A program made the translations under genes and the position numbers. A stretch of DNA of 32,000 nt from Mycobacterium tuberculosis H37Rv (lineage in GTDB: Bacteria; Actinomycetota; Actinomycetes; Mycobacteriales; Mycobacteriaceae). Shown here one piece after another: positions 21,091-29,925 of the stretch (its first letter is position 1; each line of letters begins with the position of its first letter). The notes beneath the pieces are model-generated. The model worked only from the letters and a program-made list of their open reading frames with translations. It was not told the origin of the DNA and searched no databases. Location: NCBI RefSeq assembly GCF_000195955.2, contig NC_000962.3, positions 3,360,001 to 3,392,000 of the forward strand, in the 5' to 3' direction.

Positions 21091-21350
21091 ATGCGTCAGG
21101 CAATATTGATCTCACAGATCGTTGCGTATGTCAACTGTTATTGATAGCTACTATTACGTAGGCGTAGGTGACGGCTCCGTAGGATTCGGGGACTAGCCCG
21201 TTGCTTGGGCTGCCCGACCCCCGCCCCGTCCCACGCAACCCGGCTGCCCGTCGTCGGGCGACATCCCGGTCTCTATCGGCGGACCCGAGCAGCCGCCCGG
21301 CTAGCCAGTCGCGGCCAAGGCCAGGGACGTGGTGTACGAGTGAAGGTTCC

Positions 21351-22674
21351 TCGCGTGATCCTTCGGGTGGCAGTCTAGGTGGTCAGTGCTGGGGTGTTGG
21401 TGGTTTGCTGCTTGGCGGGTTCTTCGGTGCTGGTCAGTGCTGCTCGGGCTCGGGTGAGGACCTCGAGGCCCAGGTAGCGCCGTCCTTCGATCCATTCGTC
21501 GTGTTGTTCGGCGAGGACGGCTCCGACGAGGCGGATGATCGAGGCGCGGTCGGGGAAGATGCCCACGACGTCGGTTCGGCGTCGTACCTCTCGGTTGAGG
21601 CGTTCCTGGGGGTTGTTGGACCAGATTTGGCGCCAGATCTGCTTGGGGAAGGCGGTGAACGCCAGCAGGTCGGTGCGGGCGGTGTCGAGGTGCTCGGCCA
21701 CCGCGGGGAGTTTGTCGGTCAGAGCGTCGAGTACCCGATCATATTGGGCAACAACTGATTCGGCGTCGGGCTGGTCGTAGATGGAGTGCAGCAGGGTGCG
21801 CACCCACGGCCAGGAGGGCTTCGGGGTGGCTGCCATCAGATTGGCTGCGTAGTGGGTTCTGCAGCGCTGCCAGGCCGCTGCGGGCAGGGTGGCGCCGATC
21901 GCGGCCACCAGGCCGGCGTGGGCGTCGCTGGTGACCAGCGCGACCCCGGACAGGCCGCGGGCGACCAGGTCGCGGAAGAACGCCAGCCAGCCGGCCCCGT
22001 CCTCGGCGGAGGTGACCTGGATGCCCAGGATCTCTCGGTAGCCCTCGGCGTTGACGCCGGTGGCGATCAAGGTGTGCACCCCGACGACGCGGCCTGCCTC
22101 GCGCACCTTGAGCACCAGGGCGTCGGCGGCGAGGAAGGTATACGGGCCGGCATCGAGCGGGCGGGTCCGAAACGCCTCTACGGCTTCGTCGAGCTCTTTG
22201 GCCATGATCGACACTTGCGACTTGGAAAGCTTTGTCACACCAAGTGTTTCGACCAGGCGCTCCATCCGGCGAGTGGATACTCCCAGCAGGTAGCAGGTCG
22301 CCACCACGCTGGTCAGTGCGCGTTCAGCTCGCTTGCGGCGCTGCAGCAGCCAGTCCGGGAAATAGCTGCCCTGGCGCAGCTTGGGGATCGCGACGTCGAT
22401 GGTTGCGGCACGGGTGTCGAAATCACGGTGGCGGTAGCCGTTGCGCTGATTGGACCGCTCATCGCTGCGTTCGCGGTAGCCCGCCCCGCACAGGGCGTCG
22501 GCTTCAGCCCCCATCAAGGCGGCGATGAACGTCGAGAGCAGCCCGCGCAGCAGATCCGGGCTCGCCTGTGCGAGTTGGTCAGCCAGAAGCTGCTCGGCGT
22601 CGATAAGATGAGAAGAGGTCATTGCGTCATTTCCTTCGATTGACTTTTGCTGGTCGTTTCGAAGGATCACGCGA
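21351..22674 (-). mobile_element. IS1081: Complete IS1081 (IS256 family), 1324 bp
   Basis: 15-bp perfect terminal inverted repeats TCGCGTGATCCTTCG (21351-21365) and CGAAGGATCACGCGA (22660-22674) enclosing an intact transposase. Confidence 0.97.
21375..22622 (-). CDS. IS1081 transposase, IS256/Mutator family, 415 aa
   Basis: MTSSHLIDAEQLLADQLAQASPDLLRGLLSTFIAALMGAEADALCGAGYRERSDERSNQRNGYRHRDFDTRAATIDVAIPKLRQGSYFPDWLL... Confidence 0.97.
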   Translation of the reverse strand: MTSSHLIDAEQLLADQLAQASPDLLRGLLSTFIAALMGAEADALCGAGYRERSDERSNQRNGYRHRDFDTRAATIDVAIPKLRQGSYFPDWLLQRRKRAERALTSVVATCYLLGVSTRRMERLVETLGVTKLSKSQVSIMAKELDEAVEAFRTRPLDAGPYTFLAADALVLKVREAGRVVGVHTLIATGVNAEGYREILGIQVTSAEDGAGWLAFFRDLVARGLSGVALVTSDAHAGLVAAIGATLPAAAWQRCRTHYAANLMAATPKPSWPWVRTLLHSIYDQPDAESVVAQYDRVLDALTDKLPAVAEHLDTARTDLLAFTAFPKQIWRQIWSNNPQERLNREVRRRTDVVGIFPDRASIIRLVGAVLAEQHDEWIEGRRYLGLEVLTRARAALTSTEEPAKQQTTNTPALTT

Positions 22675-22784
22675 TGACCGCCCACTACTGGGCTACGACA
22701 CGCCCACCGGCCTTACCTGCCCGTACACCACACCCCTGGACGTAACTCCAGTCGCCGGGTTTCTACGAGTGATTTGGCGCCGAG

Positions 22785-23888
22785 TCAAGCCCCGGGGTTG
22801 CCGCCAGTCGACAACCCTGAAGCGCCGGCGATGGTCGCGCTGCCGAGCACCTCGTCACCGGCTGGGTCAGGTCGGTAGAGCACCAGCGTCTGGCCGCGCG
22901 CCACGCCGCGCAGCGGGGCATGCAACTGCACGAAAAGCGCATCGCCGATCAATTCCGCTACCGCACTGACGGTTTCACCGTGCGCACGCACTTGGACCAC
23001 GCAGTCAACGGGTCCTGACGGCGCGGCTCCGGCGGTGAAGACGGGAGCGCGCCCAGTCAGCGTTTGCACATCAAGGTCGGTCACGTCACCTACGTGAACG
23101 GTGGCGGTGTCGGCGTCGATCGCCGTGACATAGCGCGGACGACCATTCGGGCCCGGCCCGGCGATGCCCAGGCCTCTACGCTGCCCGATGGTGAACCCGT
23201 GCACCCCATCATGGGAAGCCAGCACCACACCATCCGCGTCAACCACCACACCACGGCGAACCCCGATGCGCTCACCCAAAAAAGCCTTGGTGTTCCCGGA
23301 CGGTATGAAGCAGATGTCGTGGCTATCCGGCTTGTTGGCGACCGCCAGGCCGCGGCGGGCCGCCTCGGCACGGATCTGCCGCTTCGGCGTGTCGCCGATC
23401 GGGAACGCGGCGTGGCGCAGCTGCTGCGCAGTGAGCACGGCAAGCACATAAGACTGATCCTTGTCCCGGTCGACGGCGCGGCGCAGCCGCCCACCCGACA
23501 GCCGGGCGTAGTGGCCGGTGGCCACCGTATCGAAACCCAACGCCACAGCCCTGGCGGACAGAGCAGCGAACTTGATCTGCTGATTGCACCGCACGCAAGG
23601 GTTCGGAGTTTCCCCGCGGGCATACGACGACACGAAGTCGTTGATCACGTCCTCTTTGAACTTCTCTGCGAAATCCCAAACATAAAACGGGATTCCGAGC
23701 ACATCGGCGACGCGGCGCGCGTCTGCAGCGTCCTCTTTGGAACAACAGCCCCGCGAGCCGGTGCGCAGCGTGCCGGGCGCGGTCGATAGCGCCATGTGCA
23801 CTCCGACCACCTCGTGTCCGGCATCGACCATGCGGGCGGCAGCAACAGACGAGTCGACGCCACCGCTCATCGCGGCGAGAACTTTCAT
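22785..23888 (-). CDS. mnmA: tRNA-specific 2-thiouridylase MnmA/TrmU
   Basis: [35 protein letters not shown] (SGGVDSS PP-loop), [20 protein letters not shown]; 367 aa. Confidence 0.97.
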
Positions 23889-25066
23889 CGGGATGCTCCC
23901 GCGGCGGCTAGGGCGGCCCGCCGTGCACGTGCCACCGCCCCGGGAAGCACCTCCAACGCGGCATCGACATCAGCCTCAACACTGGTGTGCCCCAGCGAGA
24001 GACGCAATGATCCGCGGGCGCTGGCCGCGTCGACGCCCATTGCAATCAACACATGCGAGGGCTGCGCTACACCTGCCGTGCAGGCCGATCCGGTTGAGCA
24101 CTCGATTCCGTTAGCGTCCAACAACATCAACAGCGCATCGCCTTCGCAGCCACGGAAAGTGAAGTGCGCGTTACCCGCTAGCCGCATCGGGTCATCGGCG
24201 CCGTTAAGGCAAACATCGTCAATCTCAGCCAGCACACCCTCGACCAGACGATCCCGCAGCAGCCGTAACCGCGCGCTGTTTTCCTCGAGTCCGTCCACCG
24301 CGATCTGCGCGGCCGTCGCCATTCCAACTGCACTGGCGACATCGGGTGTGCCGGAACGAATATCGCGCTCCTGCCCACCGCCGTGCATAAGGGGCACGCA
24401 GGTGACGTCGCGGCGCAGCAGCAACGCACCCACTCCTGGCGGGCCACCGAATTTGTGCCCGGCCACGCTCATCGCCGACAGCCCGCTGGCCCCGAAGTCA
24501 AGCGGGAGCTGTCCCACCGCCTGAATGGCATCACTGTGCATCGGCACGCCGAATTCCATGGCGACAACTGACATTTCGGCGATCGGTAGAATAGTTCCGA
24601 CCTCGTTGTTGGCCCACATCACCGATACCAGCGCGACGTCGTCGTGGCTCTGCAGTGCCTCGCGCAGCGCAGTTGCCGACACCGAGCCGTCGGCGGCGGT
24701 CGGCAGCCAGGTCACATGGGCGCCTTCGTGTTCCACGAGCCAGTTCACCGAGTCCAGTACGGCGTGGTGTTCCACCTCGGTGGTGACGATGCGACGGCGG
24801 TGCGGCTCCGCATCGCGGCGTGCCCAATAGATACCTTTGACAGCCAGGTTGTCGCTTTCGGTGCCGCCCGCGGTGAAGATCACCTCGGACGGACGAGCGC
24901 CTAGCTTGTCCGCGATCAGCTCACGGGCCTCCTCGATCCGCCGGCGCGCCGAGCGCCCGCTGGTGTGCAGCGACGACGCATTGCCGATGGTGCGCTGCAC
25001 GGCCGCCATCGCCTCGATGGCGGCGGGGTGCATCGGGGTGGTGGCAGCGTGATCCAGGTAGGCCAT
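23885..25066 (-). CDS. iscS: Cysteine desulfurase (IscS/NifS-like)
   Basis: [41 protein letters not shown] (PLP lysine), [21 protein letters not shown] (catalytic Cys region); 393 aa. Confidence 0.96.
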
Positions 25067-25162
25067 GACGCACCTAGAATACTGGCCCGGGCGGCGACGC
25101 AGAACGTGCGCGCAGGCCACGGCCGCAGCAGCGGCTGGGCAATCTGGCTGGGGCCAGACCAC

Positions 25163-26077
25163 TTAGGTCGCCGGCACGTGCCGGCGGCCTGGGCGTTGCC
25201 CCGACTGCCCCAAGGCTCCCGCAAGCACCGCTGACTGGCAACGGCGCGCGAGATTCCGACGATCGGTACCTGGCAGCTGCAAAGACTCGACGCGCACCCA
25301 GGCCAGCGTGCGGCGCACGGTCAGCAGCCGGCAAACCGACCGCACCAAGGTGTCGTCGCCGACAAAGGCCGGAGCGGTCGAGACGGTGCCGTCGACGTGG
25401 TGATATGTCAACCGGAGTGGCTGCACCGGGCGGCCGGCATCGATTGCGGCCTGGAACATCGCCGGATAGAAAGCCCCACAACCGCGATGCGAGCACCCGG
25501 CTCCTGCTCGGGCCGCTGGACGGCCGGCATCGTCGCCCGGCCGACCGCACCAGGTGGTGCCCTCGGGGAAGGCCACCACCGTCTGACCGGCGCGCAGCCG
25601 ACGCGCGATGGTATCGACAACCCCGGGAAGCCGCCGCAGGCTGGCTCGCTCGATCGGAATGATCTTCAGAATGCGCGCCACGATCCCTATAGTCCGTCCG
25701 GTGAACATGTCGGCGCGCGCGACGAACGACCCGGGCAACACCGAACCGATGCAGAAGACGTCCAACCAGGACACGTGCCCGCTGACCACCAGGACTCCGC
25801 GCAGGTTCCGAACTGGACTACCCGACACCGTGATCCGGACACCGAAAAGGCGCAGCACCAACCGGCAGTAGATGCGTTGCACCCGCGTTCGGCCCGGCAG
25901 TGGCATCACCACCAGCGGCACTCCCGGTACCAGGAGCAGAGCCAACATGACGCGAAGCGCTACCCGCAGCACCACCAGCGGCCGCCGCACCTGCGCAGCG
26001 TCGCCGACACTCACGCAGCTGACGCCGCACGTTGCGCGGGGCAACCAGGAGTGTTCGGTGACTGCGGGAGCGCTCAT
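25163..26077 (-). CDS. 1-acyl-sn-glycerol-3-phosphate acyltransferase-like (PlsC/OlsA-type)
   Basis: HX4D motif SGHVSWLDV and FPEGTT motif, with an N-terminal hydrophobic helix; 304 aa. Confidence 0.85.
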   Translation of the reverse strand: MSAPAVTEHSWLPRATCGVSCVSVGDAAQVRRPLVVLRVALRVMLALLLVPGVPLVVMPLPGRTRVQRIYCRLVLRLFGVRITVSGSPVRNLRGVLVVSGHVSWLDVFCIGSVLPGSFVARADMFTGRTIGIVARILKIIPIERASLRRLPGVVDTIARRLRAGQTVVAFPEGTTWCGRPGDDAGRPAARAGAGCSHRGCGAFYPAMFQAAIDAGRPVQPLRLTYHHVDGTVSTAPAFVGDDTLVRSVCRLLTVRRTLAWVRVESLQLPGTDRRNLARRCQSAVLAGALGQSGQRPGRRHVPAT

Positions 26078-26919
26078 CGCGCGTCGTTCACCATTTCCGA
26101 GGCCGCCGCAACCGACCGCAGTCGTCGCAGATATCGCGTATCGGCGTGGTCCTTATCCAGTAGCAGGCAGAAGTCGCCCACGCCAAAGTCCGGGTCGTGC
26201 GCCGGCTCCCCGCAGGCCCGCGCGCCCAGTCTCAGGTAACCGCGCATCAGCGGGGGAACTGCTGGCCGTGGCGGAGGGAGAATGTCGTCGAGGGACCTCC
26301 CGTCCACGCGCACCGGCCGGTAGGGGTACACCTGGCACTGCGGCGGCGCGGCATGCCGGTTGAGGATGAAGTCGCGCACCCCACGCAGCCGGCTGCCCGG
26401 CGTTTCACCGTCTCCCCCGATTGGTACTGACACACATCCGGTCACATAGTCATAGCCGTATCGGTCCAGGTAGGCCAGGATGCCCGCCCACATCAACAAC
26501 ACCACCCCACCGTTGCGGTGACCCTCGCGCACCACGGCGCGGCCCATCTCCACCAACGACGGCCGCAGCGGATCGAACGCGCAAACGTCGAATTCCGTTG
26601 CGGTGTAGAGTCCTCCGGCGGCGATGGCACCCGCCGGTGCCAGCATCCGGTAGCAACCCACCAGCTCACCGGTGTCGTCGTCGCGGACCAGCAGGTGATC
26701 GCAGTACTCGTCGAACCGGTCGCCATCCCGGCGCGTATCCGCGGCCGCCGGCAGTGCGAAGCCTGGCGTAGTGCTGAACACGTCATAGCGGAGCCGCTGC
26801 GCCGCCTCGACCATGCTGGGATCGGTGGATAGCAACAGGGAATAGCGCGGTCCGGTTGACGATCCTGTCGCGACGCCATGCGGTTTGTCACTGGGTATCA
26901 GCACAGAAGCGATGCTCAT
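26074..26919 (-). CDS. OlsB/hemolysin-like GNAT-fold acyltransferase
   Basis: DPSMVEAAQRLRYDVFSTTPGF...RDGDRFDEYCDHLLVRDDDTGELVGCYRML...TEFDVCAFDPLRPSLVEMGRAVVREGHRNGGVVLLMWAGILAYLDRYGYDYVTGCVSVP resembles the OlsB N-acyltransferase layout. Confidence 0.8.
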   Translation of the reverse strand: MSIASVLIPSDKPHGVATGSSTGPRYSLLLSTDPSMVEAAQRLRYDVFSTTPGFALPAAADTRRDGDRFDEYCDHLLVRDDDTGELVGCYRMLAPAGAIAAGGLYTATEFDVCAFDPLRPSLVEMGRAVVREGHRNGGVVLLMWAGILAYLDRYGYDYVTGCVSVPIGGDGETPGSRLRGVRDFILNRHAAPPQCQVYPYRPVRVDGRSLDDILPPPRPAVPPLMRGYLRLGARACGEPAHDPDFGVGDFCLLLDKDHADTRYLRRLRSVAAASEMVNDAR

Positions 26920-27074
26920 AGCACCAACGTGGCGCAGCCGATCAGCTAATCGGCATCAACGTTGTGACGTGTCGGTGCACGTCAGATGACGAACTGTTGG
27001 GCTAGGTGAGCAGGCGCCAAGGCCCCCCACGCCTCGGCGTGTCGGGGTCTTTTGCGACTGCTCGCGCAGGGAAC

Positions 27075-28031
27075 CTAGCCCTTGCGGGCCTTGATGGCCT
27101 CGGTCAGCTGCGGAGCGACCTTGAACAGGTCTCCCACCACCCCGTAGTCGGCGATCTCAAAGATCGGCGCCTCTTCGTCCTTGTTGACCGCGACGATGGT
27201 CTTGGACGTCTGCATGCCAGCGCGGTGCTGGATCGCCCCGGAGATGCCCAGGGCAATGTAGAGCTGGGGCGACACCGTCTTGCCGGTCTGGCCGACCTGG
27301 AACTGGCCCGGGTAGTAGCCGGAGTCGACTGCGGCACGCGAGGCCCCGACCGCGGCGCCCAGCGAGTCGGCCAGCGCCTCGACCACGCTGAAGTTCTCCG
27401 CGCTGCCGACACCACGGCCACCGGCCACCACAATGGTCGCCTCGGTCAGCTCCGGCCGGTCGCCGGCGACCGCCGGTTCGCGCGCGGTGATCCTGGCGGC
27501 GTTCTCCGCCGCAGCCGGCACTTCCACGCTGACCTGCTCACCGGCGCCGGCGGCCGGCTCCGCCTCCACGGCTCCTGCGCGCACGGTGATCACCGGGGTG
27601 TCGCCGTTGGCCTGCGCTTCGACGGTGAACGCCCCACCGAAGATGCTGTGGACACCCACTCCACCTTCTCTCACGTCGACCACGTCGACCAGCAGACCCG
27701 AGCCGATCCGAGCCGCAAGTCGGCCGGCGATCTCCTTGCCGTCCGCGGTGGCGGCGATTAGTACGCCGGCAGGGGCCGAGGACTCGGCCAGCCCGGCCAG
27801 CACGTCGACCGCCGGGGTGATCAGGTATTTGTCGACAAGGTCGGACTCGGCGACGTAGATCTTGGCGGCACCAGCCGCCTTAAGCCCGTCCACCAGCGGC
27901 GCGGCCGTCCCCGGCACACCGACGACGACGGCGGCTGGTTCGCCCAAGGCGCGGGCGGCGGTGATCAATTCGGCGCTGACCTTCTTTAACGCGCCTTCAG
28001 CGTGCTCAACGAGCACCAGTACTTCAGCCAT
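27075..28031 (-). CDS. etfA: Electron transfer flavoprotein alpha subunit
   Basis: [30 protein letters not shown]...; C-terminal FAD-binding [53 protein letters not shown]. Also called fixB. Confidence 0.97.
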   Translation of the reverse strand: MAEVLVLVEHAEGALKKVSAELITAARALGEPAAVVVGVPGTAAPLVDGLKAAGAAKIYVAESDLVDKYLITPAVDVLAGLAESSAPAGVLIAATADGKEIAGRLAARIGSGLLVDVVDVREGGVGVHSIFGGAFTVEAQANGDTPVITVRAGAVEAEPAAGAGEQVSVEVPAAAENAARITAREPAVAGDRPELTEATIVVAGGRGVGSAENFSVVEALADSLGAAVGASRAAVDSGYYPGQFQVGQTGKTVSPQLYIALGISGAIQHRAGMQTSKTIVAVNKDEEAPIFEIADYGVVGDLFKVAPQLTEAIKARKG

Positions 28032-28069
28032 GGGTTATATCGCTCTCGTCTTTGGGAGGTGCGTATGTC

Positions 28070-28870
28070 TTAGATGATTTTCTGGGCAACCAGGTACTGC
28101 ACGATCTGGTTGCCGCCTTCACCCTCGTCGGTGACCTTCTCCCCGGCAGTCTTGGCCGGTTTGGGCGTCGACGCCAGCACGGTGGATCCGGCGTTGGCCA
28201 GCCCCACCTCGTCGCTCTCGACACCGATCTCGGCCAGGGTCAGCACGGTAACTTCCTTCTTCTTGGCGGCCATGATGCCTTTGAAGGACGGGAAGCGCGG
28301 CTCGTTGATCTTCTCGTTCACGCTGATCACCGCGGGCAGCGTGGCCTCGAGGGTGAATACGCCCTCATCGGTCTCACGCTCGCCGGTGATCTTGCCGCCC
28401 TCGATCGACACTTTGCGCAGGTGGGTGAGCTGCGGCAGGCCCAGGTACTCGGCGATGATGGCCGGCACCGCACCGCCCACCCCGTCGGTCGATTCGTTGC
28501 CTGCGATCACCAGCTCGGTGCCCTCGATGGTGCCCAACGCGCGCGCCAAAGCCCACCCGGTTTGGATGACGTCCGAGCCGTGCATGCCGTCGTCCTTTAG
28601 GTGGACGGCCTTGTCGGCACCCATCGACAGCGCCTTGCGGATCGCCTCGGTGGCGCGCTCGGGGCCCGCCGTCAGCACGGTTACCGACCCTTCGATGCCG
28701 TCGGCGGCCTCTTTCTCCCGAATCTGTAGCGCTTCCTCCACGGCGCGCTCGTTGATCTCGTCCAGCACCGCGTCGGCGGCCTCGCGGTCCAGCGTGAAAT
28801 CGCCGTCGGTCAGCTTGCGCTCCGACCAGGTATCTGGGACCTGCTTGATCAGGACCACGATGTTCGTCAT
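28070..28870 (-). CDS. etfB: Electron transfer flavoprotein beta subunit
   Basis: MTNIVVLIKQVPDTWSERKLTDGDFTLDREAADAVLDEINERAVEEAL...; 266 aa from this start. Also called fixA. Confidence 0.96.
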   Translation of the reverse strand: MTNIVVLIKQVPDTWSERKLTDGDFTLDREAADAVLDEINERAVEEALQIREKEAADGIEGSVTVLTAGPERATEAIRKALSMGADKAVHLKDDGMHGSDVIQTGWALARALGTIEGTELVIAGNESTDGVGGAVPAIIAEYLGLPQLTHLRKVSIEGGKITGERETDEGVFTLEATLPAVISVNEKINEPRFPSFKGIMAAKKKEVTVLTLAEIGVESDEVGLANAGSTVLASTPKPAKTAGEKVTDEGEGGNQIVQYLVAQKII

Positions 28871-29100
28871 GACTGTGGTTCGTCCTCCTCGAAGGCGGCC
28901 CGCAGCGCTCGACTGCGGAACCTCGGTCACACGTTTTGCAACCGCACAGCGATATTACTATTCGGTAAGTTCGCGTGGTGCGCCCTCACACCATAGCGGG
29001 TGGTAGAGCAGGTTCCCACGCCTGTGCCTCGCCCACGACCGGCGGATACTCCCGGTGCCCGGTTCGCGAATCCGATGCCACGGGTTAGCCTGCCTTAACA

Positions 29101-29925
29101 ATGTGCGCATTCGTTCCCCACGTTCCCCGCCATAGCCGAGGCGACAACCCGCCGTCGGCCTCCACGGCTAGCCCTGCGGTGTTGACGCTGACCGGCGAGC
29201 GCACCATCCCCGATCTGGACATCGAGAACTACTGGTTTCGCCGCCACCAGGTCGTCTACCAGCGGCTGGCACCCCGCTGCACGGCCCGCGACGTGCTGGA
29301 AGCCGGCTGCGGCGAGGGATATGGCGCCGACCTGATCGCCTGCGTCGCTCGCCAGGTCATCGCGGTGGACTACGACGAGACTGCGGTGGCCCATGTCCGG
29401 AGCCGCTATCCCCGAGTGGAGGTGATGCAAGCAAACCTGGCCGAGCTGCCATTGCCCGACGCGTCGGTAGACGTCGTGGTCAACTTCCAGGTCATCGAGC
29501 ATCTGTGGGATCAAGCCCGATTCGTTCGCGAGTGCGCCCGGGTACTGCGGGGCTCGGGACTGTTGATGGTGTCCACCCCCAACCGGATCACCTTTTCCCC
29601 CGGCCGCGATACCCCGATCAACCCATTCCACACCCGCGAGCTCAATGCCGACGAGCTCACTTCGCTGTTGATCGACGCGGGATTCGTCGATGTGGCCATG
29701 TGCGGGTTGTTTCATGGCCCACGCCTGCGCGACATGGACGCCCGCCACGGCGGCTCCATCATCGACGCACAGATCATGCGGGCGGTGGCCGGCGCACCGT
29801 GGCCACCCGAGCTAGCCGCAGACGTCGCGGCGGTCACCACCGCCGACTTCGAGATGGTGGCAGCGGGTCACGACCGTGACATCGATGACAGCCTGGATCT
29901 GATCGCGATCGCGGTGCGGCCTTGA
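29101..29925 (+). CDS. Class I SAM-dependent methyltransferase
   Basis: RDVLEAGCGEGYGADLIACVARQVIAVDYDETAVAHVRSRYP; VDVVVNFQVIEHLWDQARFVRECARVLRGSG; 274 aa. Confidence 0.9.
   Translation: MCAFVPHVPRHSRGDNPPSASTASPAVLTLTGERTIPDLDIENYWFRRHQVVYQRLAPRCTARDVLEAGCGEGYGADLIACVARQVIAVDYDETAVAHVRSRYPRVEVMQANLAELPLPDASVDVVVNFQVIEHLWDQARFVRECARVLRGSGLLMVSTPNRITFSPGRDTPINPFHTRELNADELTSLLIDAGFVDVAMCGLFHGPRLRDMDARHGGSIIDAQIMRAVAGAPWPPELAADVAAVTTADFEMVAAGHDRDIDDSLDLIAIAVRP

Noticed and set aside
21201-21758. 185 aa plus-strand ORF crossing the left edge of IS1081
   Set aside because: It runs from flanking DNA into the transposase antisense strand. No homology that I recognise, and very Arg/Pro/Ser-rich.
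21786-22643. 285 aa plus-strand ORF within IS1081
   Set aside because: Opposite strand of the intact 415 aa transposase; no independent support.
22622-22685. Extended 436 aa start for the IS1081 transposase
   Set aside because: The track ORF extends upstream past the right terminal repeat. The internal ATG at 22622 gives the expected 415 aa protein contained within the element.
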